A DNA stretch of 64,000 nt from Bispira polyomma (lineage: Eukaryota). The notes beneath the pieces are model-generated. The model worked only from the letters and a program-made list of their open reading frames with translations, searched no databases and had not been told where the DNA came from. The position numbers and the translations under genes were made by a program. Of the stretch, positions 36,101 to 46,672 are shown piece by piece. The DNA lies in the NCBI GenBank assembly GCA_965649765.1, contig OZ287750.1, positions 58,652,001-58,716,000 of the forward strand. The letters run 5' to 3'. Position 1 is the stretch's first letter. Every line of letters starts with the position of its first letter.

Positions 36101-38947
36101 GCATTGCAAGGAGTCGAACCAGGGACCTTCTGATCACCAGACCAACTGTGCTGCCACTAGGCCAGAGGAGACCAGAACTTGTTTAATTAGCAGTATTTTG
36201 TTTGAATATTAAAAGGTTTATATAATAGAAGAGGTCCTTTATTTTTTGTTATGTTTTTATTATAAGAGGTCCTTTATGTATAAACATGAAATTTGGTGGA
36301 GCAATGGGACGAAGAATAATCCATTAATATTTGAAGTGGTAGATCATTATATGTCACTTCTTCAGGAAGTACATGCTCTGCTGATTGCCCTTCTACCTTG
36401 TGTTTATATTTTTGGTGTTGAATAAAACCAATTATCAATAATTAATTGTATGTGGTTAGAAGGAAAAATTGGAAGGAAAAAAAGGTAAAATTTTAGCAAA
36501 ATATTACATGCTGCTTGTATAAAGTTTGCTTTGATTACATAGTTAGGCCAAAAAAATGATATGCAACGGAACATTTATTATCTGAACACCTTTGGAGGCT
36601 AACAATCTGTTTGGATAATAGAATGTCTATGACACAAAGAGGTATTTTACTGTTAACAATGGAAAAATATTAATTTGTGAGAGTGAAATTGAGTTTTTAA
36701 AATCAATTCATGGGACGACAGAGCGTAGGCTAATAGAGGTTCTGCTACACTTATATCGGAAAAATCACAAGTAAATAGTTTGTTTTTTTCTTATTGATAT
36801 AAATAAAGCTTTCATTCCCAAATTCCCTCATTTGGTCCAATTGTCAGGCTTTCAGTTTTGATAGCATTTTGTAAACACTTTCATCTGTATACCTCAATAC
36901 CCTTATGTGCTGTCCTTTAGAAATGTGGAACTCTACATAGCCAAAGCCCTGCAGCAGTTTACTGTTTAATTATTCTATATGCCATTTGACAGTTATTGTA
37001 GCTAATGGGAAATGTGGCATGTACAATTGGCGGCCTTGAATAAACTAGCGGGTAATAATGAAATAAGCCCGTTGTTTTCATTTCATTACAGGTGCTTTAG
37101 GGACAGACTAAATAATGCTATTGCTATGAGTATTTGTGCACCTAAGGTATTACGGTACAATCAAAGGAACTTTTTAGACAAAGCATATACAAGCTGAAAT
37201 AAATGTACTTTACCCATATTTAATGGTGCTTTTAGACCACAAAGGACGTAGCACATTAAGAAGCCATTTATCAGTTTATTTTGGAACTTGTAAATGTCAT
37301 ATCATTTTGTAGAGCTTTTTCGAAGCAGTGAAGCTTAATTTATTCATTAAAGTTATGTGGTAGCGGTAAGAGCCGTTTCTTAGGACATGAATTTGTTATG
37401 GTAAGCGAGAGAGGATGAGTAACCAAACCAGTTTTTTCGCCAAATGAACCTCTTTATAGTTGGAAGCTTTAGAGATCTATAAATCATAGGAAAATTTTAT
37501 TGTATTTTTATAGTTGCATTTTTTTTAACGTCCTTATTGATGTAAGGCATCTTTTAAAGTGTAACAACAGAATCAGACTTCTATCAATTATATATAACTT
37601 ACAAATATATACATTTTAAGTTGACATTACTTTTCTTAAAGTAAAAAGGAGGCAGATTTGCAAAATCACAAGATATGTTTTTGGTTGTAAAGTCAATCTT
37701 AACAAGGAATTCTAGCCACAGCAAGTTGGGATGGGGGGGTGGGGGGGGGGGGGGGGTGGAACAGTGATGTTGTAGTTTTTGGCATGTTGAGTGTTACCTA
37801 TCACTTTTTATTTGGCACATTCCCAATTCTGAAGAGCGCATCTGATGGGGGCTGTCTACAAATAGCAGTGGTCCTCAATTTATAAGTGAATGTAAAAGTG
37901 ACTTGGGTTTTTACTGTGGTTCACTCAGTAGACTTCTTCACAGACACAGATGGCTTTTTATTTTGTCAGCTGAATAGTATGCTCAAGAGATGTTGTTTCA
38001 GGCACTGCCTGATATATTTTTTCATTCCGAAAAGGACACTGCCATCTTAGAAAATATGTAAGGCCTTTAAGAATTGGTTGGATCAAGCAATCAACCTGGC
38101 CAAACTGAGCGGTCTCAGATGTATTTTTACTAGATGCAGCTAAGGGCCCGAGTATATAGTGACCATATAGTGTGTTAGTGTATTTCACACTTTACATCGG
38201 AGTCTTTTTTAAAAGGCGACTCTTGTTTGGTCTTATGATTCCAAGGCAATTTGAAAGGAGATGTGATAAGAAAAGCAAGCAACAATAGTTCTTTTGTGAT
38301 TGGGCGTTATCAGTAAGAGTTAGTTGATCCAGGTACTAAACGTTGAAGCTTTTCAGAAAATCTTAATGACAAAATAGAATTAAGGAATGAAAGGTTATCC
38401 TTGTGCATGAAATAGTAGATATTTACTGTATAATTGATAGCCATGGTTTAGAATGGGATGTTCCAGATCGAACATAATAAATTGAAAGCATTTCCTGAAT
38501 ATTGCTGTATTTAACAGTCCTACGGTTATTTTTTAAATCTTTTTATTTTCTATAATGTTCTTGACAACAGCAAAAACAGTATACAAAATGATGTGCAAAA
38601 ATAACCAAATACAAAAAAGTACAGGCACAAAAACACAACAATGACACAGCACATTACCAATGGGTAGGTAAACCTATCTACAATTATTATAAGTTGTATT
38701 CCAAGCAATTCATTAATTAATTCCAAATCATTTCAAAGACAGTGCTACATGCTTGTTGTAGATTTTAGACCATCCATTCTAAACCAATTAGATTAGAGGA
38801 CACAAGCTGGTCCTCTTAGAATTGAGAGCTTCTATACATTACATGTATATGTCTGTGTTACAGGTGCTTGGTCAGTGCTTGGACATAGTAAAGCAGACGT
38901 CCCAAGTGAAGTCTCAACCCACAGAGTATGGCGTGCTGCGTATGTGA
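2..38947 (+). CDS. MCCC2L: Multi-exon gene (12 exons visible, 5' end off-window): methylcrotonoyl-CoA carboxylase beta chain-like (MCCC2-like paralogue), carboxyltransferase family
   Basis: Exons joined manually at GT..AG with compatible phases give one continuous protein. It carries the MCC-beta motifs [131 protein letters not shown] and C-terminal YGVLRM*. Confidence 0.9.
526..658 (+). CDS. MCCC2-like exon B ([16 protein letters not shown]...ASVLV)
   Basis: Pyrimidine tract + TAG at 523-525; donor GTATGT at 659; matches the KLL.RER...L.D motif. Confidence 0.85.
1384..1562 (+). CDS. MCCC2-like exon C (IGKIQGV...[10 protein letters not shown]...[10 protein letters not shown])
   Basis: CAG at 1381-1383, GTGAGA at 1563; lies within ORF 1353..1580. 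Confidence 0.93.
2420..2491 (+). CDS. MCCC2-like exon D ([24 protein letters not shown])
   Basis: TTTTACAG acceptor, GTAAGT donor at 2492; resembles the GR.FYNQA.MS..GIPQ motif. Confidence 0.9.
3058..3236 (+). CDS. MCCC2-like exon E ([19 protein letters not shown]...LGGATLHS)
   Basis: TAG at 3055-3057, GT at 3237; overlaps ORF 3064..3264. Confidence 0.93.
3330..3610 (-). mobile_element. tRNA-derived SINE with Nin/Deu-like central domain (degenerate)
   Basis: Contains GTACCCATTTATACACCT; inverted homologue of 18950-19265. Confidence 0.65.
4240..4429 (+). CDS. MCCC2-like exon F (VSGCTDYF...EPLYDPGEL...DMYQ)
   Basis: TTCCAG acceptor, GTGAGT donor at 4430; lies within ORF 4214..4483. Confidence 0.92.
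4405..4585 (+). repeat. Tandem duplications of the exon F 3' end/donor site (~42-bp unit x3, plus a 50-bp exon copy)
   Basis: CAGCATA..GACATGTATCAG|GTNAGTACATTAAC recurs with junctions at 4430, 4471 and 4514; 4536-4585 copies the exon tail at ~4373-4423. Confidence 0.85.
5701..5875. mobile_element. Tc1/pogo(Tigger)-like MITE; related copies at ~1617, 16360, 18179-18377, 36565, 41840, 51970, 62044-62464
   Basis: TIR CAGTA(G/A)AACCTC...GGTT(C/T)(T/C)ACTG, often in a TA context; shared TTGGATAATAGA internal motif. Confidence 0.6.
6345..6436 (+). CDS. MCCC2-like exon G ([31 protein letters not shown])
   Basis: Poly-T + TAG acceptor, GTAAGT donor at 6437; conserved motif. Confidence 0.93.
7360..7660 (+). 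repeat. Degenerate ~160-bp tandem duplication
   Basis: CACTCA.TTTAATGATGCCTTGTG.TAAATTTTAACTAAATAA occurs at ~7368 and ~7528. Confidence 0.8.
7880..8265 (+). repeat. ~130-bp tandem triplication spanning the exon H acceptor
   Basis: TGTA(A/G)CCATCTAGT.GGTAT..TTG.AATAATGGTACA with exon-like starts at 7971, 8103 and 8230. Confidence 0.88.
8230..8390 (+). CDS. MCCC2-like exon H ([10 protein letters not shown]...[22 protein letters not shown]...NTK)
   Basis: TAG at 8227-8229, GTATAG at 8391; phases match both neighbouring exons. Confidence 0.9.
8391..8844 (+). repeat. 50-bp minisatellite x9 starting exactly at the exon H donor GT
   Basis: GTATAGGTGTATCCCTTCTGTACTTACTACCTGGCACTACAAGGTGT(A/G)AT every 50 bp from 8391 to 8791. 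Confidence 0.97.
9589..9705 (+). repeat. 60-bp tandem duplicate containing a hAT-like MITE end
   Basis: GACTTCATGGGGT.ATAGATAGGGGTGAGATGGTTGTCCCGGTAT.TCGGTATTGGC x2; TAGGGGTG.GA.G resembles the reverse complement of CGTCCCACCCCT near 4650. Confidence 0.7.
10349..10742. mobile_element. Two adjacent Harbinger-like MITEs (GG(G/A)(G/T)C(C)GTATTC...GAATACGGC type)
   Basis: Ends resemble the palindromic element at 50799-50899; CAG/CTG flanks. Confidence 0.45.
11020..13071 (-). mobile_element. L2/CR1-clade LINE remnant, RT and 3' part (disrupted)
   Basis: ORF 12202..13047 has [57 protein letters not shown]; frameshifts and stops; interrupted by a SINE. Confidence 0.9.
11547..11803 (-). mobile_element. 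tRNA-derived SINE (Meta-SINE-like family A), full length with TSD
   Basis: A box TGGCCTAGTGG, B box GAGTTCGAATCCC, (AAATTC)n tail; TSD TTAAATTTAATACGAA at 11531-11546 and 11804-11819. Confidence 0.9.
13072..15083 (+). mobile_element. Non-autonomous Helentron/HINE (DINE-like) element with internal satellite
   Basis: 5' hairpin ATGTCCACCCC..GGGGTGGACAT, GTCC microsatellite, subterminal GGGGTGGACAT near 14990, 3' CTAG|TT; inserted in a T-rich site with no long TSD. Confidence 0.75.
13476..14257 (+). repeat. ~169-bp satellite array (4 units plus partials) inside the HINE
   Basis: CTATCTCCTTAACCGTGC.AGATAGAGCGATTTC...AAAATGGCGGCCATTTTG repeated at ~169-bp intervals. Confidence 0.92.
15084..15990 (-). 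mobile_element. Upstream continuation of the same L2/CR1 LINE ORF2
   Basis: [14 protein letters not shown]...[15 protein letters not shown] joins NLKNYRP at ~13070 once the HINE is removed. Confidence 0.88.
17525..18022 (+). repeat. 78-80-bp tandem array of the exon I acceptor (5 decoys + real site)
   Basis: TGCTGTA(C/T)TTTA(C/T)AG|AT(A/G)TT..TCCA.A with exon-like starts at 17568, 17646, 17726, 17806, 17886 and 17965. Confidence 0.95.
17965..18095 (+). CDS. MCCC2-like exon I ([44 protein letters not shown])
   Basis: TTTACAG acceptor, GTGGGT donor at 18096; lies within ORF 17949..18167. Confidence 0.9.
18439..18525 (+). CDS. MCCC2-like exon J ([29 protein letters not shown])
   Basis: TTTCAG acceptor; donor GTTAGT at 18526. 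An alternative in-phase donor GTATGT at 18490 cannot be excluded. Confidence 0.85.
18950..19265 (+). mobile_element. Nin/Deu-domain tRNA-SINE with L2-like tail
   Basis: GGTTCGATC B box, CCCTTGGACAAGGTACTT, CCCAGGTGTATAGATGGGTAC, GCGCTATATAAATGC tail. Confidence 0.7.
21201..21455 (+). mobile_element. tRNA-derived SINE family A, full length with TSD
   Basis: High identity to 11547-11803; TSD GCAATGGCTAAGAA at 21187-21200 and 21456-21469. Confidence 0.9.
23443..25863 (-). CDS. Penelope-like reverse transcriptase + GIY-YIG endonuclease (806 aa, uninterrupted)
   Basis: Motifs [66 protein letters not shown]; Cys linker [10 protein letters not shown]; [27 protein letters not shown]. Confidence 0.97.
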   Translation of the reverse strand: MSMMERNNYQDILTRFKEEAKIAPPGILPKDKTMDNLIGHTVINLSDVTLSVDQVSALQKGLTFCPTLGQPNKSQIWLDFKDFHRRLCLKYHFYQDNDLLSNLDQSEMDSVDFMANNLDEAENPYKEIHKKFIDKSSWKPPRTHQSLEVFHRAFKLGLLKSKIKCRKNPNLTKGQMTGLRELSNNPNIVIKKADKGSAVVVMNTTDYLREGYRQLGDTNFYTQLDHDTTNDISQKVKDTLIQMRQKGFISAKNLEHLSPDNCAESRFYLLPKIHKKGVPGRPICSSVNHPTVVISKLVDEHIKKYVPATKSYIRDTQDFIKKIKDLGPIPEGAILCTLDVSSLYTNIPNQEGILAVAEQLRKDTTKTPIAKFILDLLKLVLHSMNFEFNGDPFLQIGGTAMGTALAPNYANIFMDRFETKALNGYSLKPLVWKRFIDDIFMIWTHGEQTLIQFFEYLNSLHQTIKFTQEYSHDHINFLDTTVKFGANRELITTLYNKPTDTHLYLEFTSAHPKSVLEKGPYGQYLRLRRICTLDSDFKDNAYKLTGYYLKRGYPPNYLKKHYKKASKFSQNDLLDTVLTKTPVDTPVMVTQFNPFNPQINQLINGNWNIIQNTQELTQIFNSKPLIGYRKLPNLKDKLTSSNILFPPKQDTVQLQTHIPVCTRLGKCTYCPRINKLENITSFNSNKVFKCVNLPPRHKITCELNNVIYIINCAKCGLQYIGETKRPFRQRMYEHCRSVQNFLPNKSTPVSRHFTQKDHSVKHMEFSIFQWMGKDNHLDSTKRRRRQELYLIWAFPTTHPAGINVFV
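26026..26223 (-). pseudogene. Truncated K/R-rich upstream ORF (putative ORF1 C-terminus) of the Penelope-like element
   Basis: Open frame [40 protein letters not shown]...LSKLIKNK*, no in-frame ATG, cut at the inversion junction. Confidence 0.5.
26226..26292 (+). ncRNA. Type I hammerhead ribozyme
   Basis: Stem I GCCT/AGGC; CTGATGA at 26230-26236; stem II GATAATC/GATTTTC; GAAA at 26257-26260; stem III TATATAC/GTATATA; AUA cleavage triplet, cut after 26288. Confidence 0.85.
27035..28151 (-). mobile_element. SINE family B copy split by the MULE insertion
   Basis: Joining 27076 to 28019 restores the reverse complement of the SINE at 52161-52390 (GTATAGGTCATATCACGA, CTAGTTGGTCAAGATT). Confidence 0.7.
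27077..28009 (+). mobile_element. Internally deleted MULE/Mutator transposon with transposase N-terminal remnant
   Basis: W..S.R..RSCKG...HSH (FLYWCH-like), P.DP.SL.EL, FLIHDSG, RMMVFAT..L; TIRs of ACTTTGCCCACA-like repeats; 9-bp TSD GTATAGGT(A/C) at 27068-27076 and 28010-28018. Confidence 0.85.
29743..30430 (+). repeat. 43-bp intronic minisatellite, ~16 copies
   Basis: Unit AAAGAATTTCTGTT(C/T)TATTGCGTATTAAAGTACTGATATA(C/T)AT. Confidence 0.97.
31646..31876. mobile_element. MITE with ~45-bp TIRs (related copy at ~43305-43490)
   Basis: GTAG.GTA.G.AATCTAAAATT.GCCACTGTAT at both ends in inverted orientation. Confidence 0.7.
32475..32788. mobile_element. piggyBac-like MITE
   Basis: TTAA|CCCTTT...AAAGG|TTAA. 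Confidence 0.55.
34325..34456 (+). CDS. MCCC2-like exon K (YEDQ...[22 protein letters not shown])
   Basis: CAG at 34322-34324, GTACGT at 34457; WDDGVI.P.DTR motif. Confidence 0.9.
34427..34800 (+). repeat. 47-bp minisatellite x8 spanning the exon K donor
   Basis: GAGTCATATTACCTCTACATACAC(A/G)CAAG|GTA(C/T)GTCTGCTACTTACA; GT at 34457, 34504, 34551, 34598, 34645, 34692, 34739 and 34786. Confidence 0.96.
38864..38947 (+). CDS. MCCC2-like terminal coding exon L ([27 protein letters not shown])
   Basis: TTACAG acceptor; C-terminus matches the MCC-beta FGVFRM*; TGA at 38945-38947. Confidence 0.9.
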   Translation: MLGQCLDIVKQTSQVKSQPTEYGVLRM

Positions 38948-41900
38948 TACATCCCTGGTCTAGTCACAAACTCAGGATTGTCAACAACATGATAAAACTG
39001 AACAATTTGACTTGTATTAACAGGGGTTTTGTGTGTGTCTTATATATTTAACTGTGTCAAAAGGTTGATGAGAGTTATAACAATGGGATGTGTGTCTTAT
39101 TTATTGTCTGGATAGGGTAGAACATAGACCGAATAATCTGTCCCTAGTGAGATTCCTTGCTGTTATTTTGACGACAGACTCACAAAAAGGGACAGACTGG
39201 CTTCCATAACCAAAACGTTGTAAATGGAAATTGGCATATATAGAGATAGGATCTCTTTGAAGTAAATACATAACCTCATTCCTTATATATGATATAGTAG
39301 CCGATTTTGTGTTATTTCATGCCGACATGGTACATATCAATTAATATTAAACAAAACTAAAACCACATACATTGGCACACCTCTGCCAGCCATTTCACGT
39401 CCTACTAAATTTACGTTTTGTTTATGGAAGCCATTCTGTCCCTTTTCGTGTATTCCGTCGTCAAAATAACAGCAAGGAATCTCGCTAAATAGGGACAGAT
39501 TTTTTGGTCTAGGTAGACCATTAAGACAGGGCAATCCATTGGAGGCTCACTGGGGATATACCTTTATTTTTGCCTGGGTAGCACATTAAGATTGGTCTGA
39601 TGGTCCGAGGGGAAAGTAACTTTTGCTTGTAAGACGGTGACAAAAATTTAAGTCGCTGGCCTGAATTTTGGGACAGTAACTCACCAGCAGTGCAGCAATG
39701 GAGATACCTTGTTTACACGGCGTATCACAAAAACAAAATTTTGGTTGGAACAATAAAATAATACCTCACTGGTCCTATATTGGTATTGTGGGCCAGTATG
39801 GAAAACTAATTAGTATTGGCATATGCTCGGTGACAGAAGACCTCAGGGAAAGCCATACTTAACCTATGTTTTTATATTTCTATATGATCGTTTCTTCCTT
39901 CCCTTTTGATTTCTCTGTCTGACCTGATGTGGAGTGTGTTTGGGACCGTCTTGTGCACTCACAACCAGTAATCATTCAGTGCATTATCAAGTTATTTGGC
40001 GGAGTTTCTTCATTTCACAAACAACCTTTTGAAGACCTATATGCCATCTTGGAAGAGTGAAACACTAAGTCAGTTATTAGTCAGGTTCACAAGTCCAAAC
40101 TTATTACATGTCTGATTTGGTGTTGTACTTTTTGTATTAATTTATATTTTATAAGGAAATATGTACTTGTGTTAAAATTGATACTGTGTACATTTTGTTC
40201 AACTGTGATATAATATATATATAGAAACTTAGAAAGGATTATAGATAAAACCTTCAAGGAAGCACAATGGCAATGGTGTTAGTTTCAAGTGATGTCAATT
40301 GAAAACGACTTGACTAGTTTTATGCCTTAAAGAGTTGACCCCTTTTAAGTGGGACATGAAGGAACCCGGAGAAATGCTTTGACAGCTGGATTTCTAGTTA
40401 AAAGTACCAGGGTTTTAAAGAAGAAAGCCTCTTTTCCCCAATGTTAAAGGGAAATTGACTTAACAAAGTTCTTCTTAAAGGGATTCTACCATGTACTCTT
40501 GTACCTTGAGTGTCAGTTTGCTATATCAAATTTTCCTCTGTAATATAAAAATTGTTTTTAACTTTAATAATTTTTATCAATAAAAAATGTCTTCTTATTT
40601 ATCGTTTTCCTCACTTCCTTTACAGTTCAATAAAAAATTTCTTGTAAAACAATTTCACTCTTTAGTAAGTAGAATAGCTTTAGAGATTTTCAACCAACAC
40701 AAGGTTTTCATTGTGACTCCCACTGCAGGTCTTGTTTGTAAATCTCTAAACAGTATTCTTTTGGTTCTTTTTCCTTAATAAATATTCCTTTGGTAAATTT
40801 ATATCGATAATTTGTGGTAATGGGTAAATTTGGTAATTAGTAAAGTTTTTAAATGAATTTTCACTAGAATTAGTATTTATTGTTAAACAAACTAAAAAAT
40901 GTCATTATAAAAAAAAACTTCCCCAAATTTTTGGTTATCAAGTTGCCTATCTTGGATCTTTTATTCAAATAAAAATACTGCCAGCAAAACTACTGAACCT
41001 TAACTTGATTAATTAACTTACTTTTTTAAATATGAAAAGTAAATTCACAAATCTCTTGACATAATTTAGCATTTCCTCTTTACACAATTTGTACACCATA
41101 TACTGCAGCATCGAAGCTGTAACTTGCTTTCATCAAGAGATACAAATGACCTTTGCGTGGTTACTGCAGAGATTTAGTATGAGGAGGGCAAAATGGTTAA
41201 AAAGCTAGGGTCACTGGGTAGATGGATTGTAAATGGCTTGTAAGTAGGATGTAGTTCTCTTCCGCTCTAATGCATTATCAAATTGTACACAGGATATGCC
41301 TTGTCATCACAAATCGGGAAGTCTCTAGTTAATGTCAACCACTAGCTGGTTTTTCAACAAAAAATATCAATAGAAAAAAATTGCATGAATTTTTTGTAAT
41401 GCAGCTGAGAAATGTTTGACTGTTCAGGTCTGAGGGTTGTTTAGTAATTCCAGTAAAATAATCTAATATCTAAAATAATGTCTTCCAATTAAAATAGCTA
41501 TTTGGAAGGTGATGAAATCACTGACATTATGTTTTTGATCTGAATCGGCTTAAGTATGTTTTTGTTGTCTCCGGAGCTATAGGACATACAGAGCTTTGTT
41601 TTTTGTTAAGCTATGTTATCGTTAACTGTTCATAGCATCTGGATGTGGTTATCAGGATAAGTCTGAAATTTTGCATACATATGTGTTAGAATGTAATATT
41701 ATGTACATTATGAAAATTGTTCTACCTTGGCTTCAAACTGGGATCTTTAAATTTAATTTACCTTATGTAAACAAAATGAATGTCTGGAATTCAGTTTAAC
41801 CTGGAAAACTATATGTATGGAGGCTGAGAAACTTTCTATAGTAGAACCTCTATTATACAAACCTTGATACATTGTAGTCTGATCGTCTGAATATTAAGAG

Positions 41901-43688
41901 TTTATGATCTTTATGGAAGTCACTGTCCGGAATTTAGTTTAACCTGGCAAAATATCTGTATGGAGGCTGAGAAACTTCCTATAGTAGAACCTCTATTATA
42001 CAAAGTTCTATTGTCTCAATACTTGAGTGGATGAAGTCACTCTCTCAAATTTACATTATCCTATTGCTATACCTCCCTGCAACAAAGGTGAGGCGGGGTA
42101 TACTGGATTATGGTTGTTCATCCATCTGTCGTACGTCCGTGGACACAATCTTTCAAGTTCCACTTTTGACAAACTATTGCTCCCGTGTCATTTAAATTTG
42201 GTACAGGGATAGACTTACATCAGTCAAGGATCCATTGATTAAGGTGACCTTAAACTCACTACATTTAGGTGAATCACAACCACTTTAAGGTTACAAAATG
42301 CACATGTAGGCATCTTGGGCTACTATTAAGAAACTATTGCTTCTATTTCATTCAAGGTTGGAGACGGATAGACTTGCATCAGACGGGTATCCCTAGGTTA
42401 AGGTAAATGCAAATCACTAAGTTAAGGTAAGAATTCCTAAGTTAAGGTTACCGTCAACTCACACATTAAGTAAATGATGGCCACTTTAAGGTTATAATAT
42501 GTACACATGCACAACTTGGATCACTATTTAACGCAATTTACGGACAGTTCTAGGTTTGTATCAAAATACCTCTTCTGATTGATGAACCTTTTATTTTTCA
42601 AACAACATCACCCAACATGTTTGGATAACAGATATTCTATTGTATGTTTTAGAGGGTAGGATCTCTGATACGATTTTTTTTGTGCTGGGAGCTAAAAAAT
42701 CAAGACAGGTTTTTGTGAATCGAGATAAGTAATAAACAAAACGTGTAACAGTAAACTTGTCACTGTGAATGTATCGAATAATCTGTAGGCTTAAAACAAC
42801 GTAGATCTCTTATTTAACTCTGTCAACCAGTGGTGTGTTACTTTGATGATGTAAAACTCTGCTACCATACAAATGTCCCTCCACAGCACTTGAAATCTAT
42901 GTTTATCACCTGCTACCCTTTACTCATTACAAGAATATAGTGCAAAGTTTTGGCCTTGTCCTTGTCAATTTATACACCAATTTCAGTATCAGTAATGCAT
43001 GGTGTAGTACAGTCCATTAATTATTGCGGCCGATACAAAGCAGGTGGATTTTATATAATGAGCAATAAATGTGTCCCCTGCAGCTGGCACAGAATTACTG
43101 AATGATTATTACTGTAATCGAATAATCACACAATGTAATGTCACCTTTGCATTGATACATTTTATTAACTAGTTAGTTGTAAACGTGTTTGTATATATAT
43201 TAACAATTCTGTCATCACACAATTAATCAAAAACTTCGACAAGCAGCTGCATACCATGATTAACACCTTTATATTACACCATATAGAGTAAGGAATTTAT
43301 AATTTGTTACTGTATCGCAAATTTGCCACCTGGAAAATGTGGTGTTTTTGCCAGAAGTGTGGGTAATATTTGCTGAGATTTTTGTAAATATGATGTCTTA
43401 ATTATCTAAATTCCAGTTATATTTTTCCCAGATTTGATTGATCTAGTTTAAATTTTAGGGGTGGCAAATTTTAGATTTCCTGCTCCACATGTAAAAGTCA
43501 AATTAAAAAGTCAAAATTCAAGAAGGAAGAAACTAGTTTATTTGCTAGAATTTTTAAATTTCAAATTATGACATAAAATTGTTTCCTTAAAATTTCAATG
43601 ACCAACATCTTCGTTTGCATCGGTTCAACTTTATGCCTTAAATGTATCTCAGCTGAAAAAACCCCATTCCTTTTAATATTATAGGTAA

Positions 43689-44983
43689 TTGTATCCACTG
43701 GAAAACTGGTGGATACATTGGATTACGCTTTGTTACGCCTCCGCCACCGCGTCAGTATGTGTAGAGATTTTACCGTTACCGCTCTACTGGGAAAACTTTT
43801 ACACCTAGGCTCCTGAAATTCACAGGAAATGTTCTTTATTACAAAATCTTGCCTGGGAGTAATTTTTGCCTTATTTTGAAAAACACGATGGCCGCCACAG
43901 GCGTTTCTTTGAAAATAATCAGGCTTTTAACTGTGTCTGTTTCTCGGCTGTAGAAGGTTGAATCTCTTTACGGGTGATATGTTTGACGGATATATATATG
44001 TGCTGTATAAGCATGCAGACATTTAACCTTAAATCTCCTCATTCAAGGTCATTGACAGAGTACCATAGTACCCCCAAGTGACCTATTTTGGCCAATCTTA
44101 AAAGTGCCTATATCTCGCTTATTTTTGGTGAAACAGGTTTTGGATGTGAAACCAATCTAAAGGAAGTCATGGCCTGGGAATTTTTTTCGATTCGTTCAAG
44201 GTCAAATGTAAATGGCCAAACTTAAAAGTGCCTATATCTCACTTATTACTGGTCCCAGAGGTGTGGAATGCCAAACCAACCTATAGAAAATCAGAGGCTG
44301 GGAATCTTTTGGTGTGCTCAAATTTGACTTTGGGCCCCTCGTTCAAGGTCAGTCTTGGTCAAAGTTAAAAGTGCCTATATCTCGCTTATTATTGGTGGTA
44401 GAGGTTTGGGATGTGAAACCAACCTATAGGAAATCATAGGCTGGTAATCATTTCCGAAATGACCTTGGGCCCCTCGTTTAAGTTCAAATGTAGATAGCCA
44501 AACTTAAAAGTGCCTATATCTTGTTTATTATTGGTCCTAGAGGTTTGGAATATGAAACCAGCCTGTAGGAAATCAAGGCCGAGCAATTTTTTTATGTTGT
44601 CTGATTTTACCTTTAGCCCCTTGTTTAAAGTCAGTCTTGGTCAAAGTTAAAAGTGCCTATATCTCACTTATTATTGGTCGTAGAGGTTTGGGATGTGAAA
44701 CCAACCTATAAGAAATCATGGGCTGGTAATCTTTTGCTGTGGTAAGTTTTTAATCTTGGACCCCTCAAGCAAGGTCAAAAAGGTAGGCCAAACTTTAAAG
44801 TCCCTATCTCACACTTATTATTGGTCCCACAGGTTTGCAATGTGAAACCCACTTGTGCCATTTAAGGCTTTAGCATAAATGCCCTATAAGAAATCATAGG
44901 CTTCTAGCTTGGGTGCTAGCTAGGGTGCTTTGTCTTTCTGGTGGATACAAGTATGCATCGGTTCTCTCATGTGCTAGTTCTAG
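43689..44983 (+). mobile_element. Helentron/HINE element with ~140-bp internal tandem array (x6)
   Basis: 5' hairpin TGTATCCAC..GTGGATACA, subterminal GTGGATACA at 44941, 3' CTAG|TT; unit AAAAGTGCCTATATCTC.CTTATT...GAAACCAACCTATA. Confidence 0.75.
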
Positions 44984-46418
44984 TTTTTTCTTGGGGTTGA
45001 AAGGGTTAAGCTTCATAGTAAAAATGAAGCCCTTTTAAGTAGATTGCTGTGATTTTCTAAAACTTTTCTATTGTTTGAAAATAAAATTGGCAACTATAAT
45101 GACTTGAAAACAATAGGGAGATATTAAAATTTGGTTGTGAGAAATAAGTGTACATTGTGCTGAAGTATTTAAGATTTCAAATAGGTCCACCAGAATTGTA
45201 AAACTGAGAGGCCGCTTTTGTTATACCTGATTAGCTGTTTCTAATGAATAAATCCACAATAGATGAGGCCCACATTCTTTCCGTGATGATGCAGCCGCTC
45301 AATGAAACAAATTACCCACTGTAGTTAACACAGAAATCTCTCTTTTGGGCTAAGAAAGGAGACTGAAACCCCATCTTTTGGGGTAAGTTTTCGACCACAG
45401 ACCAGTCCTTTTCCTGATATTCATCTTGATTATAGATACAGATATAGATTACACCAGTCACTAGCCACCTCAGTCAATTGCCAAGCAGTAATTTGGTAGT
45501 TTAAAAAATTGAGATAATAGATATGTTTAAAGTACGCAAGTATAGTGCATTATTATGCACAAAATCTAAGATAACCTTCGTGAAGCACATTTAATTAAAC
45601 AACATGACCCAGTCCGGCCCAAACTACTTTAGCATAAAGTGTGTAAAAAAATCGCAAATGACTGCCGATTGTGCAATAAAATAATCCAGGTTGGGCAGAC
45701 ACATAGTAGGGATTTCTGCAGATCCCATTGCACTTGCCTGGGATAAATGGAATGGGCTAAATGTGCTAAAATCCTCCATTGAGCTGTTCTGCAGAGACAC
45801 ATTAAGCAGGGATACTAGAGTTTCCACTGGGTATTGGTTTGTGTTATGGACATCCTCCTTTAATAGTTAGTTTATTGTTTCTACTTACTGATGAAACATT
45901 TGTCACAAATTGAAACCTTGTTTGTTTGTAAGAATCAGCCCAAAATGCTAGTACATGTCGATTGTATATTGTTTTCTGTGAGCAATGTCGTCAAGCTATG
46001 ACTGCATCAATAATAATCTAATGCTGTCATAGTGTATATACTATTTCTTTACAGTTAGTAAAATGGGATAGACTCTTTAAGTTGCCAGACATATATACTT
46101 TTTATGAACATATGTATGTATACTTGTTACAGTTGTTCCAGGAACAGAATATAAAAGTGACATGTTATATCACCTACCTGCAAACCAACCACTTCAGACA
46201 TGGAGGCCATATAAAAAAACCATATGTAGAGATGTATAATTTAGTTAGTTGTTTCAGAGAAGTGGAAGGTAAAGAACTTAAGACCCCCGTCCACAAAAAG
46301 AATAAAGTAAGGATCAGTTGACGAATGCCAAGATTGGCTATTCGCCTAAAAATGGGGGAAATGGATCACAATAGGTGCAAATTGGGGAGGTTTTTGTCTG
46401 AATTATTCATGCGTAGAA

Positions 46419-46672
46419 TTTGAATATTTAACGTCCACTCTAGTACCTTTAATTCAGTTATATTGGGATGGGTAGTTGGAATCCTGGAGAAAACACTGCA
46501 TACAGTTGGTCAAGGTTCTGCACTGATACCAACGGCCTACAGTAAGGAACTACCACCTATCCCACATAGACATCTTCGGCAGGCGAACTCGTGACTATTC
46601 GATCTCTAGAGGTGATAGACCAGTGATTGTAAAGCGCAATGCTTGCTAACCACTAGGCCACTGCAGCCCCCC
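46419..46672 (-). mobile_element. tRNA-derived SINE family A, older copy with TSD
   Basis: Homologous to 11547-11803; TSD TATTCATGCGTAGAA at 46404-46418 and 46673-46687. Confidence 0.88.
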